Made by a program: the position numbers and the translations under genes. From NCBI GenBank assembly GCA_023261695.1, contig JAHFON010000002.1:11467-75466 (forward strand): 64,000 nucleotides of DNA. The letters run 5' to 3'. The notes under the pieces were generated by a model that was not told the origin of the DNA, made no database searches, and was given only the letters and a program-made list of their open reading frames with translations. Positions 37,476 through 47,822 of the stretch are shown in pieces. Source of the stretch: Candidatus Moraniibacteriota bacterium (GTDB lineage Bacteria; Patescibacteriota; Minisyncoccia; Moranbacterales; UBA1568). Numbering within the stretch: the first letter of the stretch is position 1; each line of letters starts with the position of its first letter.

Positions 37476-38060
37476 ATGCAAAATCAATATCTCATTCCGA
37501 TGGTGGTGGAGAAGACGAGTTTCGGCGAACGGGCTTATGATATTTACTCGCGCTTGCTCAAAGACCGCATTATTTTTATCGGCGCGCCGATTGATGACGG
37601 GGTGGCGAATACGGTGATCGCGCAGTTGCTTTTTTTGGAATCGCAAAATTCCAAAGAGGACATCAAGATGTACATCAATTCTCCCGGAGGGGTTGTGACG
37701 GCGGCGTTGGCGATTTATGACACGATGCAGTATGTGAAGCCGGAAGTGCAGACAATCTGTATCGGTATGGCGGCTTCGGCGGCGGCTTTACTTTTGGCCT
37801 CCGGTCAAAAGGGCAAGCGGATGATCTTGCCGAACGGCGAGGTGCTGATCCATCAGGTGCTGGGCGGCGCGCAAGGACAAGCCACGGACGTGGATATTCA
37901 CGCCCGCCATATTCTGAAGACGCGCGACCGTTTGAATCAGATATTAGTCAAGCACACCGGCCAAAAATTATCCAAAATTGAAAAAGATACCGAACGCGAC
38001 TATTTTATGTCAGCCGCGGAAGCCAAACAATACGGCATCGTTGATAAAGTGATACAGTAA
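37476..38060 (+). CDS. clpP: ClpP protease proteolytic subunit
   Basis: DIYSRLL, YINSPGG, GMAAS, IHQ, ERD. Confidence 0.97.
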   Translation: MQNQYLIPMVVEKTSFGERAYDIYSRLLKDRIIFIGAPIDDGVANTVIAQLLFLESQNSKEDIKMYINSPGGVVTAALAIYDTMQYVKPEVQTICIGMAASAAALLLASGQKGKRMILPNGEVLIHQVLGGAQGQATDVDIHARHILKTRDRLNQILVKHTGQKLSKIEKDTERDYFMSAAEAKQYGIVDKVIQ

Positions 38061-38061
38061 T

Positions 38062-39633
38062 TTATTTCAAAACGGCGAGAAGGCTGGTGCCGTTCATTTC
38101 AGCCGGTTTTTGTTTTTGAAGCCCCATAACCTCCAGCACGGTGACGGCGATGTCTGAAAGCAAACCGTTCACTTCGTTTTGTTCGCGCACCATTTGTTCT
38201 GCGTTTTTTTCATGGTGATTGTCGGGAGTGATATACCAGAGCGGGACCGGATTGGTAGAATGTTCCGTGTCTATTTCGCCGCTCGTTACTTTTTTCACCT
38301 CTTCCACGTTGCCGTGATCGGCCGTAACGATCAGCGCCCCGCCTATTTTGAGTACGGCCGGCACTAAAATGGAGAGGCTTTTGTCCGTGGCTTCCACGGC
38401 CTTGATGGAAGCTTCTTCGTTGCCGGTGTGTCCCACCATATCGGGGGCGGCGTAGTTGACCAGTATAAAATCATACTCGTTTTTTTTGAGAAGATTGATC
38501 AGTGTTTCGGTAATCTGCGGCGAGCTCATCTCCGGCACTTCATCAAAATGTGAAACACTGGGGGAAGGCACCAGAATGCGATCTTCCCCGGAGAAGGCTT
38601 TTTCTTTGCCGCCGTTGAAAAAATAGGTGACGTGGGCGTATTTTTCCGTTTCGGAAATACGCAGTTGTTTTTTACCAGCCAGACTCAAAGTTTCGCCCAA
38701 GCTATGTTGGATGTCTTCCGGCGGAAACGCCACTAACACCGGCAAATCGCGTTCATATTCCGTCAGCGTGACGAATTGGATATTGAGCAGTTTGCGTTTG
38801 AAACCGTCAAAATCAGGACTGACAAACGCGCAAGTGAGTTCGCGGGCGCGATCCTCGCGGAAGTTAAAAAAAATGACGCTGTCTTTATCCTCTATAAGCG
38901 TTGGAGGTTTGTTCCCTTCGGTAATGAGGGTGGGCTCAATGTATTCATCCGTGATATTTTTTAGGTAAGACTGTTCAAGGGCTATCAGGGGATCGGTGGC
39001 GCTATCGCCCTGACCTTCCGTCAGCATCCGGTAAGTTTTCTCAATCCGATCCCAATTATTATTGCGGTCCATAGAAAAATTGCGACCGGAGATGCTGGCT
39101 ATTTTTCCGATGCCGATCAAACGCATTTCTCTCGCCAATTCTTTAATTTGTTGGATGCCGGCGGTGGGCGCTGAATCGCGTCCGTCCATAAACGCGTGCA
39201 GATAAACTTCGTCCACTCCCTCATTCTTGGCGAGACGCAAAAGCGCAATGACATGATCTTTGTGCGAGTGCACTGAACCGGAACTGATGAGCCCCATAAA
39301 ATGCAGTTTGCTTTTATTCGTCTTGGCGGCGTTTATCACTTTCAGTAAATTTTCATTTTTGAAAAAACTGCCGTCTTGGATAGCGAGTGAGATGCGCGGC
39401 ATATTTTGATAAATAATGCGTCCGGCGCCCATGGTCATATGGCCGACTTCGCTGTTACCGGCGGTGTTCCAGGGCAAGCCGACGGAAATGCCCGAAGCCT
39501 GAATGGTCGTCATCGGATAAAAACGATTCAGTTTTTCAAAGGTCGGTAAAACAGCTTCTTTAATAGGATTTCCCTGCACGCTGTTGCTGACACCCCAGCC
39601 GTCTAAGACGACCAATACGACAGGCTTGTACAT
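38062..39633 (-). CDS. gpmI: 2,3-bisphosphoglycerate-independent phosphoglycerate mutase
   Basis: LDGWG, GNSEVGH, ETEKYAHVT, DMVGHTG, TADHGN. Confidence 0.96.
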   Translation of the reverse strand: MYKPVVLVVLDGWGVSNSVQGNPIKEAVLPTFEKLNRFYPMTTIQASGISVGLPWNTAGNSEVGHMTMGAGRIIYQNMPRISLAIQDGSFFKNENLLKVINAAKTNKSKLHFMGLISSGSVHSHKDHVIALLRLAKNEGVDEVYLHAFMDGRDSAPTAGIQQIKELAREMRLIGIGKIASISGRNFSMDRNNNWDRIEKTYRMLTEGQGDSATDPLIALEQSYLKNITDEYIEPTLITEGNKPPTLIEDKDSVIFFNFREDRARELTCAFVSPDFDGFKRKLLNIQFVTLTEYERDLPVLVAFPPEDIQHSLGETLSLAGKKQLRISETEKYAHVTYFFNGGKEKAFSGEDRILVPSPSVSHFDEVPEMSSPQITETLINLLKKNEYDFILVNYAAPDMVGHTGNEEASIKAVEATDKSLSILVPAVLKIGGALIVTADHGNVEEVKKVTSGEIDTEHSTNPVPLWYITPDNHHEKNAEQMVREQNEVNGLLSDIAVTVLEVMGLQKQKPAEMNGTSLLAVLK

Positions 39634-39897
39634 TGTAAGTTTCTCTAAAATTTGATTAAAATATCTTCAGCATCCGCCACAACAATTCATTCGTGTTTTT
39701 ATAATAACATCATTTTCACCGCTAAACAAAATTGAGAGCTTGCTCTTTGGCGCGATACACGCTATGATGCGTTTATAACATTAATTGTTGAATTATTGCC
39801 TCAATTGAACCTATGTTGCAGAATCACTTGTTTTTTTTCGTGAAAGGCGAAGCTTTTGCGTCATTTCCAAGTTATCAATTGCGGGCAGTGCACTCGT

Positions 39898-41430
39898 ATG
39901 ATGCTGAATCTTGTTTACGTTTTTCTTTCGGCTGGATTTTTGGCCGGAGGAGCTATTTTGGGGTATCTGGTTAGACAAAGTGTTGCCAAAAGGCAACTTT
40001 CTACCGCCGAAGGTCAGGCGGCGAAAATGCTAGAAGAGGCCGGAATCAAGGCTAAAGAGATCACGCTGGACGCTAAAAATAAAGCCGTCGAGATTCTTGA
40101 GGAAGTGAAAAAAAATGAAAAAGCGCGCGATGAGAAACTCTTGTTTCAAGAACAGCGCGTTGAGAAACGCGAAGATCAAATCGAAAAGGAAGCGCAAGAA
40201 ATAGATTCTGAAAAACGGCGCTTGTTGCAAAAAGCTGAAGAAATAAAGGCTATCCGCGCGGAAGCGGAAAAATTGCGTCAAGAGGAGTTAGGTTATCTGG
40301 AAAAAATTTCCAAACTTTCCAGGGAAGAGGCGCAGGCAAAAATATTCACCTTGGTGGAAGAAGAGAGTAAGGAGGCTCTGGTGAAGAGAATGTCCAAACT
40401 GGAAAATGAGGGATATGAAGAGCTGGAGAAGAGCGCGCTCAATGTTATGGCGACGGTTATTCAGAAATACGCCCGTTCTCACGTTTCTGAATTTACGACG
40501 ACGACGGTCGCCATTCCTTCTGATGAAGTGAAGGGGAAAATTATCGGTAAAGAAGGCCGGAATATTCGGTCGCTGGAAAAGGAAACCGGCGTGGAATTTA
40601 TCATTGATGATACGCCGGAGACGGTGATTATTTCCGGATTTGATCCGGTGCGCCGTGAAATCGCCCGCATTGCTTTGGAAAAACTGATTGCCGACGGCCG
40701 TATTCATCCGGCGCGCATAGAAGAAATCGCGGAAGCCAGCAAGAAGGAAGTGGATTTGAAAATTAAAGAAGCCGGCGAGGCCGCCGCTTACGATGCCGGT
40801 ATTGCCGGACTGCATCCGAAATTGCTCTATATTCTCGGGCGTTTGCGTTTTCGCTATAGTTATAAACAAAACGTCCTTTTACATTCGCTGGAGGTAGCCT
40901 ATTTGGCCGGAGCTTTGGCATCCGAGCTGGGAGCGGATGTGGCTTGCGCCAAGAAGGCCGGCCTGCTTCATGATATCGGCAAGGCTGTGGATCACGAAAT
41001 TGAAGGGACGCACGTCAAGATTGGTATGCGCATCCTGGAGAAATTCGGCATCGGTCAAAATGTGATTGACGCTATGAAGGCTCATCACGACGAATATCCA
41101 AACCAAACTATAGAGTCGTTTATCGTCACGGCGGCTGATGCTATTTCGGCGGCGCGTCCCGGTGCGCGCAAAGAGACGGCGGAGAAATACATCAAACGTC
41201 TGGAAGAATTGGAAGCGCTGGTTAATTCATATCCGGAAGTGGAGAAGTCTTACGCGATTCAGGCGGGGCGCGAAGTGCGTATTTTCGTCAATCCGGAAAA
41301 AACCGATGACTTGGGCGCTATGAAATTGGCGCGCGACATCGCCAAGCGAATTGAAGAGGAGTTAAAATATCCCGGTGAAATCAAAGTCAACGTGTTTCGC
41401 GAAACGAGGGCGATTGAGTATGCCAGATAA
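39898..41430 (+). CDS. rny: Ribonuclease Y
   Basis: N-terminal TM, coiled coil, KH (GKIIGKEGRNI), HD (LLHDIGK), AISAARPGAR. Confidence 0.96.
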   Translation: MMLNLVYVFLSAGFLAGGAILGYLVRQSVAKRQLSTAEGQAAKMLEEAGIKAKEITLDAKNKAVEILEEVKKNEKARDEKLLFQEQRVEKREDQIEKEAQEIDSEKRRLLQKAEEIKAIRAEAEKLRQEELGYLEKISKLSREEAQAKIFTLVEEESKEALVKRMSKLENEGYEELEKSALNVMATVIQKYARSHVSEFTTTTVAIPSDEVKGKIIGKEGRNIRSLEKETGVEFIIDDTPETVIISGFDPVRREIARIALEKLIADGRIHPARIEEIAEASKKEVDLKIKEAGEAAAYDAGIAGLHPKLLYILGRLRFRYSYKQNVLLHSLEVAYLAGALASELGADVACAKKAGLLHDIGKAVDHEIEGTHVKIGMRILEKFGIGQNVIDAMKAHHDEYPNQTIESFIVTAADAISAARPGARKETAEKYIKRLEELEALVNSYPEVEKSYAIQAGREVRIFVNPEKTDDLGAMKLARDIAKRIEEELKYPGEIKVNVFRETRAIEYAR

Positions 41431-41565
41431 TGAAAGTTGCGTGCTTTGGAAAAAAGGCTTAAAATAAAGAGCAGGAAGTCGTAACTAGCACTTTTTCCCA
41501 TATAATGCTTTTTGAAGTAATATAGAGTGGAATCAAGTTCTAAACTAGAAAGGCAGGTGAAAAGT

Positions 41566-41847
41566 ATGAATAATGTCAATAAGGACACGCTGGTTCACAT
41601 GATTATGGAGAAGACCGAGCTTTCCAAGAAAGACGTGGAAGCTGTTTTGGAGTGCTTCGTGGATCAAGTAACCTCGGAACTTAAGAAAGGTAACAAGGTG
41701 ACCCTTACCGGTTTTGGCACGTTTAAGGTTTCCAACCGCGCCGCTCGTGAAGGTATCAACCCGCAGACCAAAGCCAAGATCACGATTCCGGCTATGACCG
41801 TGCCGAAGTTTACAGCCGGCAAGACTTTGAAAGAGGCTGTAAAATAA
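41566..41847 (+). CDS. hup: DNA-binding protein HU
   Basis: GFGTF...RAAREGINPQT...PKFTAGK. Confidence 0.95.
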   Translation: MNNVNKDTLVHMIMEKTELSKKDVEAVLECFVDQVTSELKKGNKVTLTGFGTFKVSNRAAREGINPQTKAKITIPAMTVPKFTAGKTLKEAVK

Positions 41848-41902
41848 TTTAAATTCCGTCCAGAGGCGTTTGTTTCGAGGCGGAAAAAAGAAAAAGATAG
41901 AA

Positions 41903-41934
41903 TGACAATCCCGCTTTGGCGGGATTGTCGCTTT
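41903..41934 (+). terminator. Intrinsic terminator
   Basis: GACAATCCCGC-TTTG-GCGGGATTGTC. Confidence 0.7.
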
Positions 41935-42007
41935 GTATCAACAGCAGTGTTTAATGTAAAGTATTTTGGGATTTATTGTATACTATAATATAAAGAGAGG
42001 ATCGTAT

Positions 42008-42078
42008 CGGGGTGTCGTATACCGGCAGTACGCATGCTTTGGGAGCATGTTGACTGGGTTCGATTCCCAGCACCCCGA
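42008..42078 (+). tRNA. tRNA-Pro(TGG)
   Basis: CATGC-TTTGGGA-GCATG; GTTCGATTC; no encoded CCA. Confidence 0.93.
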
Positions 42079-42199
42079 CTAACAAAGACATTTTGAAAAA
42101 TTTATACCAATCCAAGCAACAGAAACATACTTAGTTTTTAAGTTGATATATGCTTTACGACGAATTCAATTTATATAAAAACTTTGCTAAAACAGCAAT

Positions 42200-43051
42200 A
42201 TGAAAAAAAATAAACCAAAAAATTTAGCGATTTTTGAAGGCAAAAGAGTGCGGCGGATTTGGGATGAGAAAAAGGAAATGTGGTATTTCTCTGTAGTGGA
42301 TATTGTGCAAGTTTTAACCGATCAGCCGAATTATCAATTAGCGAGAAATTATTGGAAAGTGCTAAAAAATCGCTTAAATAAAGAAGGGAGTGAAACGGTT
42401 ACAAAATGTAACCGGTTGAAAATGGAAGCAGAGGACGGAAAATTAAGAGAAACAGATACGGCTGATGTTGAAACATTATTACGCCTAATTCAATCTGTTC
42501 CCAGCCCAAAAGCCGAGCCGATTAAGTTATGGCTTGCCAAAGTCGGTTATGAAAGGATACAGGAAATAAATGATCCGGAAAAAGCACTCAATCGTAGCCG
42601 CGAATACTGGCAAAAAATGGGGCGAAGCGAGAAGTGGATTCAGCAAAGGATGATGGGGCAGGAGATACGGAATAAATTGACGGATTATTGGAAAAATAAT
42701 GAAGTTAAAGAGCAAAGTAAATACGCGATTTTGACGAATATAATCCATCAGGAATGGAGCGATATTTCAGTGAAAGAACATAAAAATTTGAAAAGCTTGA
42801 AAACGGAAAATCTGCGCGATCATATGACGGACGCGGAGCTGGTTTTTACGGCATTGGCGGAATTGTCCACGCGCCAAATCGCCGAAACAATGAAGGCAAA
42901 AGGTTTTGAAGAAAACAAGATTCCTGCCAAAAAAGGCGGAGCGGTTGCCAAGAATGCCAGACTGGAATTGGAGCAAAAGACCGGCAAAAAAATCGTGAGC
43001 GGCGGTAATTTCAAATCATTGCGAGAGCATAAGAAATTAAAAGGCAAATAG
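42200..43051 (+). CDS. BRO-N domain (antirepressor-like) protein
   Basis: WYFSVVDI, YWKVLKNRL, QSVPSPKAEP, NLRDHM. Confidence 0.85.
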   Translation: MKKNKPKNLAIFEGKRVRRIWDEKKEMWYFSVVDIVQVLTDQPNYQLARNYWKVLKNRLNKEGSETVTKCNRLKMEAEDGKLRETDTADVETLLRLIQSVPSPKAEPIKLWLAKVGYERIQEINDPEKALNRSREYWQKMGRSEKWIQQRMMGQEIRNKLTDYWKNNEVKEQSKYAILTNIIHQEWSDISVKEHKNLKSLKTENLRDHMTDAELVFTALAELSTRQIAETMKAKGFEENKIPAKKGGAVAKNARLELEQKTGKKIVSGGNFKSLREHKKLKGK

Positions 43052-43142
43052 CTCTTTATGCTTTACGAAGATTTTGATGCGAAAACTCGAAAGGTGTTCG
43101 GGCGGGTTGTTGGTTGCCGTTTGCCTTGCTATAATGGGCTAT

Positions 43143-43856
43143 ATGAATACATATTCCGTCCGTTTGAAAAATAAATATGAGATAGCCGAGCGGACGCTCG
43201 CTTTTGTTTTTGAAAAACCTAAGGGGTTTCAATTTCAAGCCGGGCAATACACGGCTATGACTTTGCCTAAACTGGATTTCGCGGACGCGAAAGGGGCAAC
43301 GCGCGTTCTTTCCATCGCTTCCGCTCCGAGCGACGATGAACTGGTGTTTGGCGCGCGCATTACCGAAAGCGCGTTTAAAAAAACCTTGGCGCAAATGCCC
43401 GTGGGCGGAGAAGTGACGATTCACGAGGCGACGGGGCATTTTGTTTTACCGGAAGATCAAACGCGTGAGATTGTTTTTTTAGCTGGCGGTATCGGCATTA
43501 CTCCGGTGCGGAGTATTTTGCGGCAAGCCTTCGCAGAGAAACGAAACAATCCATTCGTTTTATTTTATTCCAATCGTCGTCCGGGAGACGCGTCATTTTG
43601 CCAAGAGATGCAAAATTTTTCCGGATTGAATTACCGGTGTATTGATACATTGACGCAGAATGAGGGTGTGTGCGACTGGCAGGAGGAATCCGGGTATATC
43701 TGCGCCGCTATGCTGAAAAAATATTTGAAGGAAATTCCGCACGCGCTTTATTATATTGTCGGCGCGACCGGTTTTATTCAAGCGATGGGAAAAATACTTG
43801 AAGAGCTTGGCGTGCCGGATACAAATATCAAGAAAGATCCGTTTACCGGATTATAG
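43143..43856 (+). CDS. FAD/NAD(P)-binding oxidoreductase (FNR-like)
   Basis: FQAGQY, RVLSIAS, AGGIGITP, YSNR. Confidence 0.85.
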   Translation: MNTYSVRLKNKYEIAERTLAFVFEKPKGFQFQAGQYTAMTLPKLDFADAKGATRVLSIASAPSDDELVFGARITESAFKKTLAQMPVGGEVTIHEATGHFVLPEDQTREIVFLAGGIGITPVRSILRQAFAEKRNNPFVLFYSNRRPGDASFCQEMQNFSGLNYRCIDTLTQNEGVCDWQEESGYICAAMLKKYLKEIPHALYYIVGATGFIQAMGKILEELGVPDTNIKKDPFTGL

Positions 43857-43859
43857 ATT

Positions 43860-43933
43860 GCGGGAGTAGCACAATGGTAGTGCACCTGCCTTCCAAGCAG
43901 GGTACGCGGGTTCGATTCCCGTCTCTCGCTCCA
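43860..43933 (+). tRNA. tRNA-Gly(TCC)
   Basis: CCTGC-CTTCCAA-GCAGG; encoded CCA. Confidence 0.95.
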
Positions 43934-43934
43934 T

Positions 43935-43971
43935 AAAAACACAGGAGTCCCGCTAAGGACTCCTGTGTTTT
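43935..43971 (+). terminator. Intrinsic terminator
   Basis: AAAACACAGGAGTCC...GGACTCCTGTGTTTT. Confidence 0.8.
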
Positions 43972-44245
43972 ATTGAGCTCAATTCTAAATTTTGCACGAA
44001 CCTACTACGAACGGGAAACTGACCTCGAAAGCGGAAGTTGTTTCGCTGCCGCTCGTCACCCAAAAGAAAAGTTTTGTTCGCTTTTTCTGATGGGCGCGCG
44101 CCCGAGTTTTCTTTCAAAAAGGAAAAGTCAGTTTTTCTGGACTGTTCTGCTCTTTGGAGCAGAGTGGCGTGGCCGTCTGCTTATTCCAGTATACCAGAAT
44201 ATCTAAAGTTTAGATATTTACTTTCCGTATATATGCTGATAGTAT

Positions 44246-44467
44246 ATGGACAAGACAATACAGACAAAAGAATACGCACGATTTATCGAGAAATTGCACA
44301 AAGCAAGGCTTGAGGCTAGTTTGAAACAGATCGAGGTTGCCAAGAAGCTCAAGCGTCCGCAATCCTATATTTCTCGCGTGGAATCCGGGGAGTATCGTCT
44401 TGATATTCTTGAGGTGAAGCGATTTGCAAAGATTTATGGAAAGAGCGTTGATTATTTTGTGAAGTAG
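44246..44467 (+). CDS. XRE-family HTH regulator
   Basis: LKQIEVAKKLKRPQSYISRVESGE.RLD; palindrome ATCTAAAGTTTAGAT upstream. Confidence 0.85.
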   Translation: MDKTIQTKEYARFIEKLHKARLEASLKQIEVAKKLKRPQSYISRVESGEYRLDILEVKRFAKIYGKSVDYFVK

Positions 44468-44468
44468 C

Positions 44469-45110
44469 ATGATTACAAAAGTCATCACAGATAAGGATGG
44501 TGAAAGATACATAGGTATCTGTAATCACTGCGGTAATAATACTTCTCAAAAAGTATTGTTTACACATATTGGGTCTGAAATCGCATATATACCAAATGGG
44601 GATGAAGTCAGTTTTGAAGTTGAATATCGACTCACAGAATGTGGGACTTGCGAAAATATATCGCTTTATGGAAAACCGGAATTTGATGATCATCTCTTCG
44701 GTCACGTGCTCTATCCACGACAAAGTAATTTATCAAGTTCTATCCCTGCAGAGATACGCAAAGTCTATGATGAAGCAAAATTAATATCAAAATTAGCCCC
44801 GAATGCCTTTGCAGTCCAGATTCGCCGCGCGCTGGAATTTCTTTGTAAGGATAAAAAAATAAGTGGGAAGAATTTAAGTGGACAACTAAAGGAGATGGCT
44901 AAACAGGGATTGATTCCACCTATCTTGGCAACGATGACTGATGGCATTCGTATCTTAGGTAATATTGGAGCACATGCCTCTAACATGGGGGTTAAATCAG
45001 AGGATATCTCTCTTATAGATGATTTTTTCAAAGCGATTTTAGAGTATGTTTATGTAGCCCCAAACAAGATAGAGGTTTTTAAGAAGCGTTTGGGCGAAAT
45101 AAAGAAGTAG
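44469..45110 (+). CDS. DUF4145 domain protein
   Basis: CxxC pairs; YDEA, RRALE, IRILGNIGAH. Confidence 0.8.
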   Translation: MITKVITDKDGERYIGICNHCGNNTSQKVLFTHIGSEIAYIPNGDEVSFEVEYRLTECGTCENISLYGKPEFDDHLFGHVLYPRQSNLSSSIPAEIRKVYDEAKLISKLAPNAFAVQIRRALEFLCKDKKISGKNLSGQLKEMAKQGLIPPILATMTDGIRILGNIGAHASNMGVKSEDISLIDDFFKAILEYVYVAPNKIEVFKKRLGEIKK

Positions 45111-45151
45111 TAGCAATTTTTTTATATCTCGTTTATTTTCCGAAAATAGCT

Positions 45152-45352
45152 ATGAGCGAACCATATACTTTCAAAAGTTTTCTCGGTCGGAATTGGTGGT
45201 TTCTTGTTATTGGGCTTTTTAGTGCCCTACGACAATCACAAAGAGAAAGTGTTTCAGGATCTATTGTGTTAGATGCGCTTTTTGGTGAGGGAATTATTTT
45301 GGTGATGATGTTTGCTTATTGGTTTGTTAGGTATGGCAGAAAATTAGAATAA
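45152..45352 (+). CDS. Small membrane protein
   Basis: ATG ORF with two hydrophobic segments in an operon-like position. Confidence 0.55.
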   Translation: MSEPYTFKSFLGRNWWFLVIGLFSALRQSQRESVSGSIVLDALFGEGIILVMMFAYWFVRYGRKLE

Positions 45353-45356
45353 TTAT

Positions 45357-46019
45357 ATGGGGCTATTCAACTTTAACAGCTACAATCAGATTGAACAGGG
45401 ATTGTTAGACATATATTCTTTAATGTTGACAGCAAGTGGTATTGATAAAGAAGAGGCGAAAAAAATGATTGAGGATATGCTTAACACAGCTATCGAGCAA
45501 TCCAAAAAAGGGGGAAACTATTTTCTTCCTCAAAATTTAGGGAGCATTATTGTGGGGGAAGCCGAAACGGACGATCAGGGTATACAGAAATATACGCAAG
45601 CTCTTAGAGAAAGGATGCCCCAGAATGAGGGAATAAGCTTAGATGATATACGGATGTGGTGGAATTTGAATGATGTGGAGCGTCGTATGATACAAATGCA
45701 GGACATGGCTACGAAATCAACAGCGATGTTCGGATTTTTGAAATCAGGAATGGCTTCTAGCCCAGAGCAAGCAATTGCTATGGTTTGTAAAATTCATCCA
45801 GTCTACGGAAACCCGAATGACAATAGTCAGAGCAGTGGGGATGATCGGCCACTACCTTACGAGCTGAAAGATAGAATAAATATTTACATTCAAAAAAGGT
45901 CGGTCAAGGTTCGGAAGAGTACAAAAAAGAAATGGAGCAGTCATCCTCTTTCAATGCCTTGGTTCGAAAAGAAATTAGAAATGATAATTTATGATTGGTG
46001 GAAAAATAAACATTATTGA
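45357..46019 (+). CDS. Hypothetical protein, possibly frameshifted near 45895-45910
   Basis: WWNLNDVERRM, HPVYG, DDRPLPYELKDR; alternative frame ends at 45994. Confidence 0.65.
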   Translation: MGLFNFNSYNQIEQGLLDIYSLMLTASGIDKEEAKKMIEDMLNTAIEQSKKGGNYFLPQNLGSIIVGEAETDDQGIQKYTQALRERMPQNEGISLDDIRMWWNLNDVERRMIQMQDMATKSTAMFGFLKSGMASSPEQAIAMVCKIHPVYGNPNDNSQSSGDDRPLPYELKDRINIYIQKRSVKVRKSTKKKWSSHPLSMPWFEKKLEMIIYDWWKNKHY

Positions 46020-46135
46020 AGTACCTATTTGGATTATCGGCTGTGTTATTGCTTACAAAACAGACCTTTTTAAATTGGATGGGGCTTTTGGTATAGGAAA
46101 TAAAAAGGTATAACAACTCAAAATTTCAAAAATAT

Positions 46136-46858
46136 ATGAAAAAATGTCCATTTTGTGCAGAAGAAATTCAAGATAATGCTAAAAAATGCAGGTATTGTGG
46201 AGAATGGATTACAGCTCAATTGGGTAATAGTGATGATAAAGAAAAAACCAGTGACAGAGAAGTTAGGAAGTTAAATAAAGAATTCGTTTTTTGGAAAACT
46301 TTTGTGTGGTCAACGCTGGTTGTAGCGGTTATTTTTGTGATTCTGTTTGGATTTATTGGTGAACTTAAGAATGATACTACAGATGCATTACTTGGAATTT
46401 TAATTATTTCTGGGCTTATAGGGGTGTTAATTACTTTTATCATCAAGGGTCTTAGGGGTGGGAAAAAAGAGGATGGTCTCGAATTAACTACTGAAGAAAT
46501 TTCTAAATATAACGGACTTGCAGGCTGGCTTTTTTTGGTTGCACTTGGATTAGTTATAAGTTTTTTTAGAATTTCTTCAAATGTTTCTATGCTGAATGGT
46601 AGTATCGATAAGGTATTTAATGGGATTTTCGCAATATTTATTGCTTATGTTTTGTATCTATTCTTTGCTAAGAAAAAGAAGTTTAAGCCATTTTTTATTG
46701 CGTTTATTGTTATTAATTTATTATTTGCGACACTAGCTGTTATTACAGATAATAGTGGTGAAATAATGAAGGATTTTTTTGCATCAATAGTTTCTTTGAT
46801 GATCTGGATTCCATATATAATTAAATCAAAGCGAGTCAGGGCAACTTTTATAGAATAA
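46136..46858 (+). CDS. Zinc ribbon + DUF2569-like membrane protein
   Basis: KKCPFCAEEI...CRYCGE; GLAGWL; WIPYIIKSKRVRATF. Confidence 0.75.
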   Translation: MKKCPFCAEEIQDNAKKCRYCGEWITAQLGNSDDKEKTSDREVRKLNKEFVFWKTFVWSTLVVAVIFVILFGFIGELKNDTTDALLGILIISGLIGVLITFIIKGLRGGKKEDGLELTTEEISKYNGLAGWLFLVALGLVISFFRISSNVSMLNGSIDKVFNGIFAIFIAYVLYLFFAKKKKFKPFFIAFIVINLLFATLAVITDNSGEIMKDFFASIVSLMIWIPYIIKSKRVRATFIE

Positions 46859-46888
46859 CTCGTTAGATTTTGAGGTAAAGTATTTATT

Positions 46889-47689
46889 ATGACAAATATA
46901 GCGCTAACGGCAGTAAAAAGGGTATTTAGAAATGCAGATGATGTGCAGAGCTTCTTCGATAATATGCTTAAAGCTACATTGACATATAAATTCAAAGAAC
47001 TAACCAAGGATAATCCCAAAGTATTGATAAATAGTAAAGATTTGACGGAGGCTATTTTTACGCTAACAGCCAAGGATAAAATTGAAATTTATAATCAGAC
47101 AATCAGCGGGTTAAGAATAAAGGAGCTTTTTATTGCAACAATTTATTTGAAGTATCTTGTATCCACTTTGAAAAAAGAGATTATTTTGGTAGCCTTTCCT
47201 TTTCAAGAAGAATACTACGATATTGCTTTCTTTGTTATAGAAGAAGCGACTTATGCTGTTTTGGGTAGTAAATTTCATATACCCGAAAATTCAACGGCTT
47301 ACTATATTCAAATCAAGGAGGATTTTGACTATGAAGAATACAAAAAATTCAATGAGTCAAATGAGCCTAAAAAATTTGATTCCCAAAAAATTAAAGATAC
47401 CGCTTCAAAATATACTGACGTCCTCGCTCTCTTTTTCAGCAGAAACTATGCCTTATTTGAATCAGGAAACATAACATCTTTTTTAGATAAGAACAGAAAT
47501 GTAGGAATTATTTTAATGCCGTCTTTGGCTAACCCAGAAATTGAATTAACAGGAGGAAAAGATAAGGGCAAAAAAATCCCACTGGATAAGGACAAATATA
47601 ACTTTCTATTGGAAACAGGGGGTAAAACTGTTCATATAAAATTCAGCGTTCCAAAATTTATGGAAAAAACTGATCCTCCTCAAAATTGA
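46889..47689 (+). CDS. Hypothetical protein, possible PD-(D/E)xK (QxK) nuclease
   Basis: E...YDIAF...YIQIKE. Confidence 0.55.
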   Translation: MTNIALTAVKRVFRNADDVQSFFDNMLKATLTYKFKELTKDNPKVLINSKDLTEAIFTLTAKDKIEIYNQTISGLRIKELFIATIYLKYLVSTLKKEIILVAFPFQEEYYDIAFFVIEEATYAVLGSKFHIPENSTAYYIQIKEDFDYEEYKKFNESNEPKKFDSQKIKDTASKYTDVLALFFSRNYALFESGNITSFLDKNRNVGIILMPSLANPEIELTGGKDKGKKIPLDKDKYNFLLETGGKTVHIKFSVPKFMEKTDPPQN

Positions 47690-47822
47690 AAGCTCCGATT
47701 TTAACTATTGCCATATTTATGTTAAAATATGCATAAAGAAATAACCACTTGTTTGTGGCTGTATTTATTGACAAATCCATTGGATTTACATAAAATAAAA
47801 AACCAAACTTAATACAACTACT

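Noticed and set aside
42200-43051. Prophage at tRNA-Pro suggested by the BRO gene
   Set aside because: Solitary gene; no integrase, structural genes or att duplication seen
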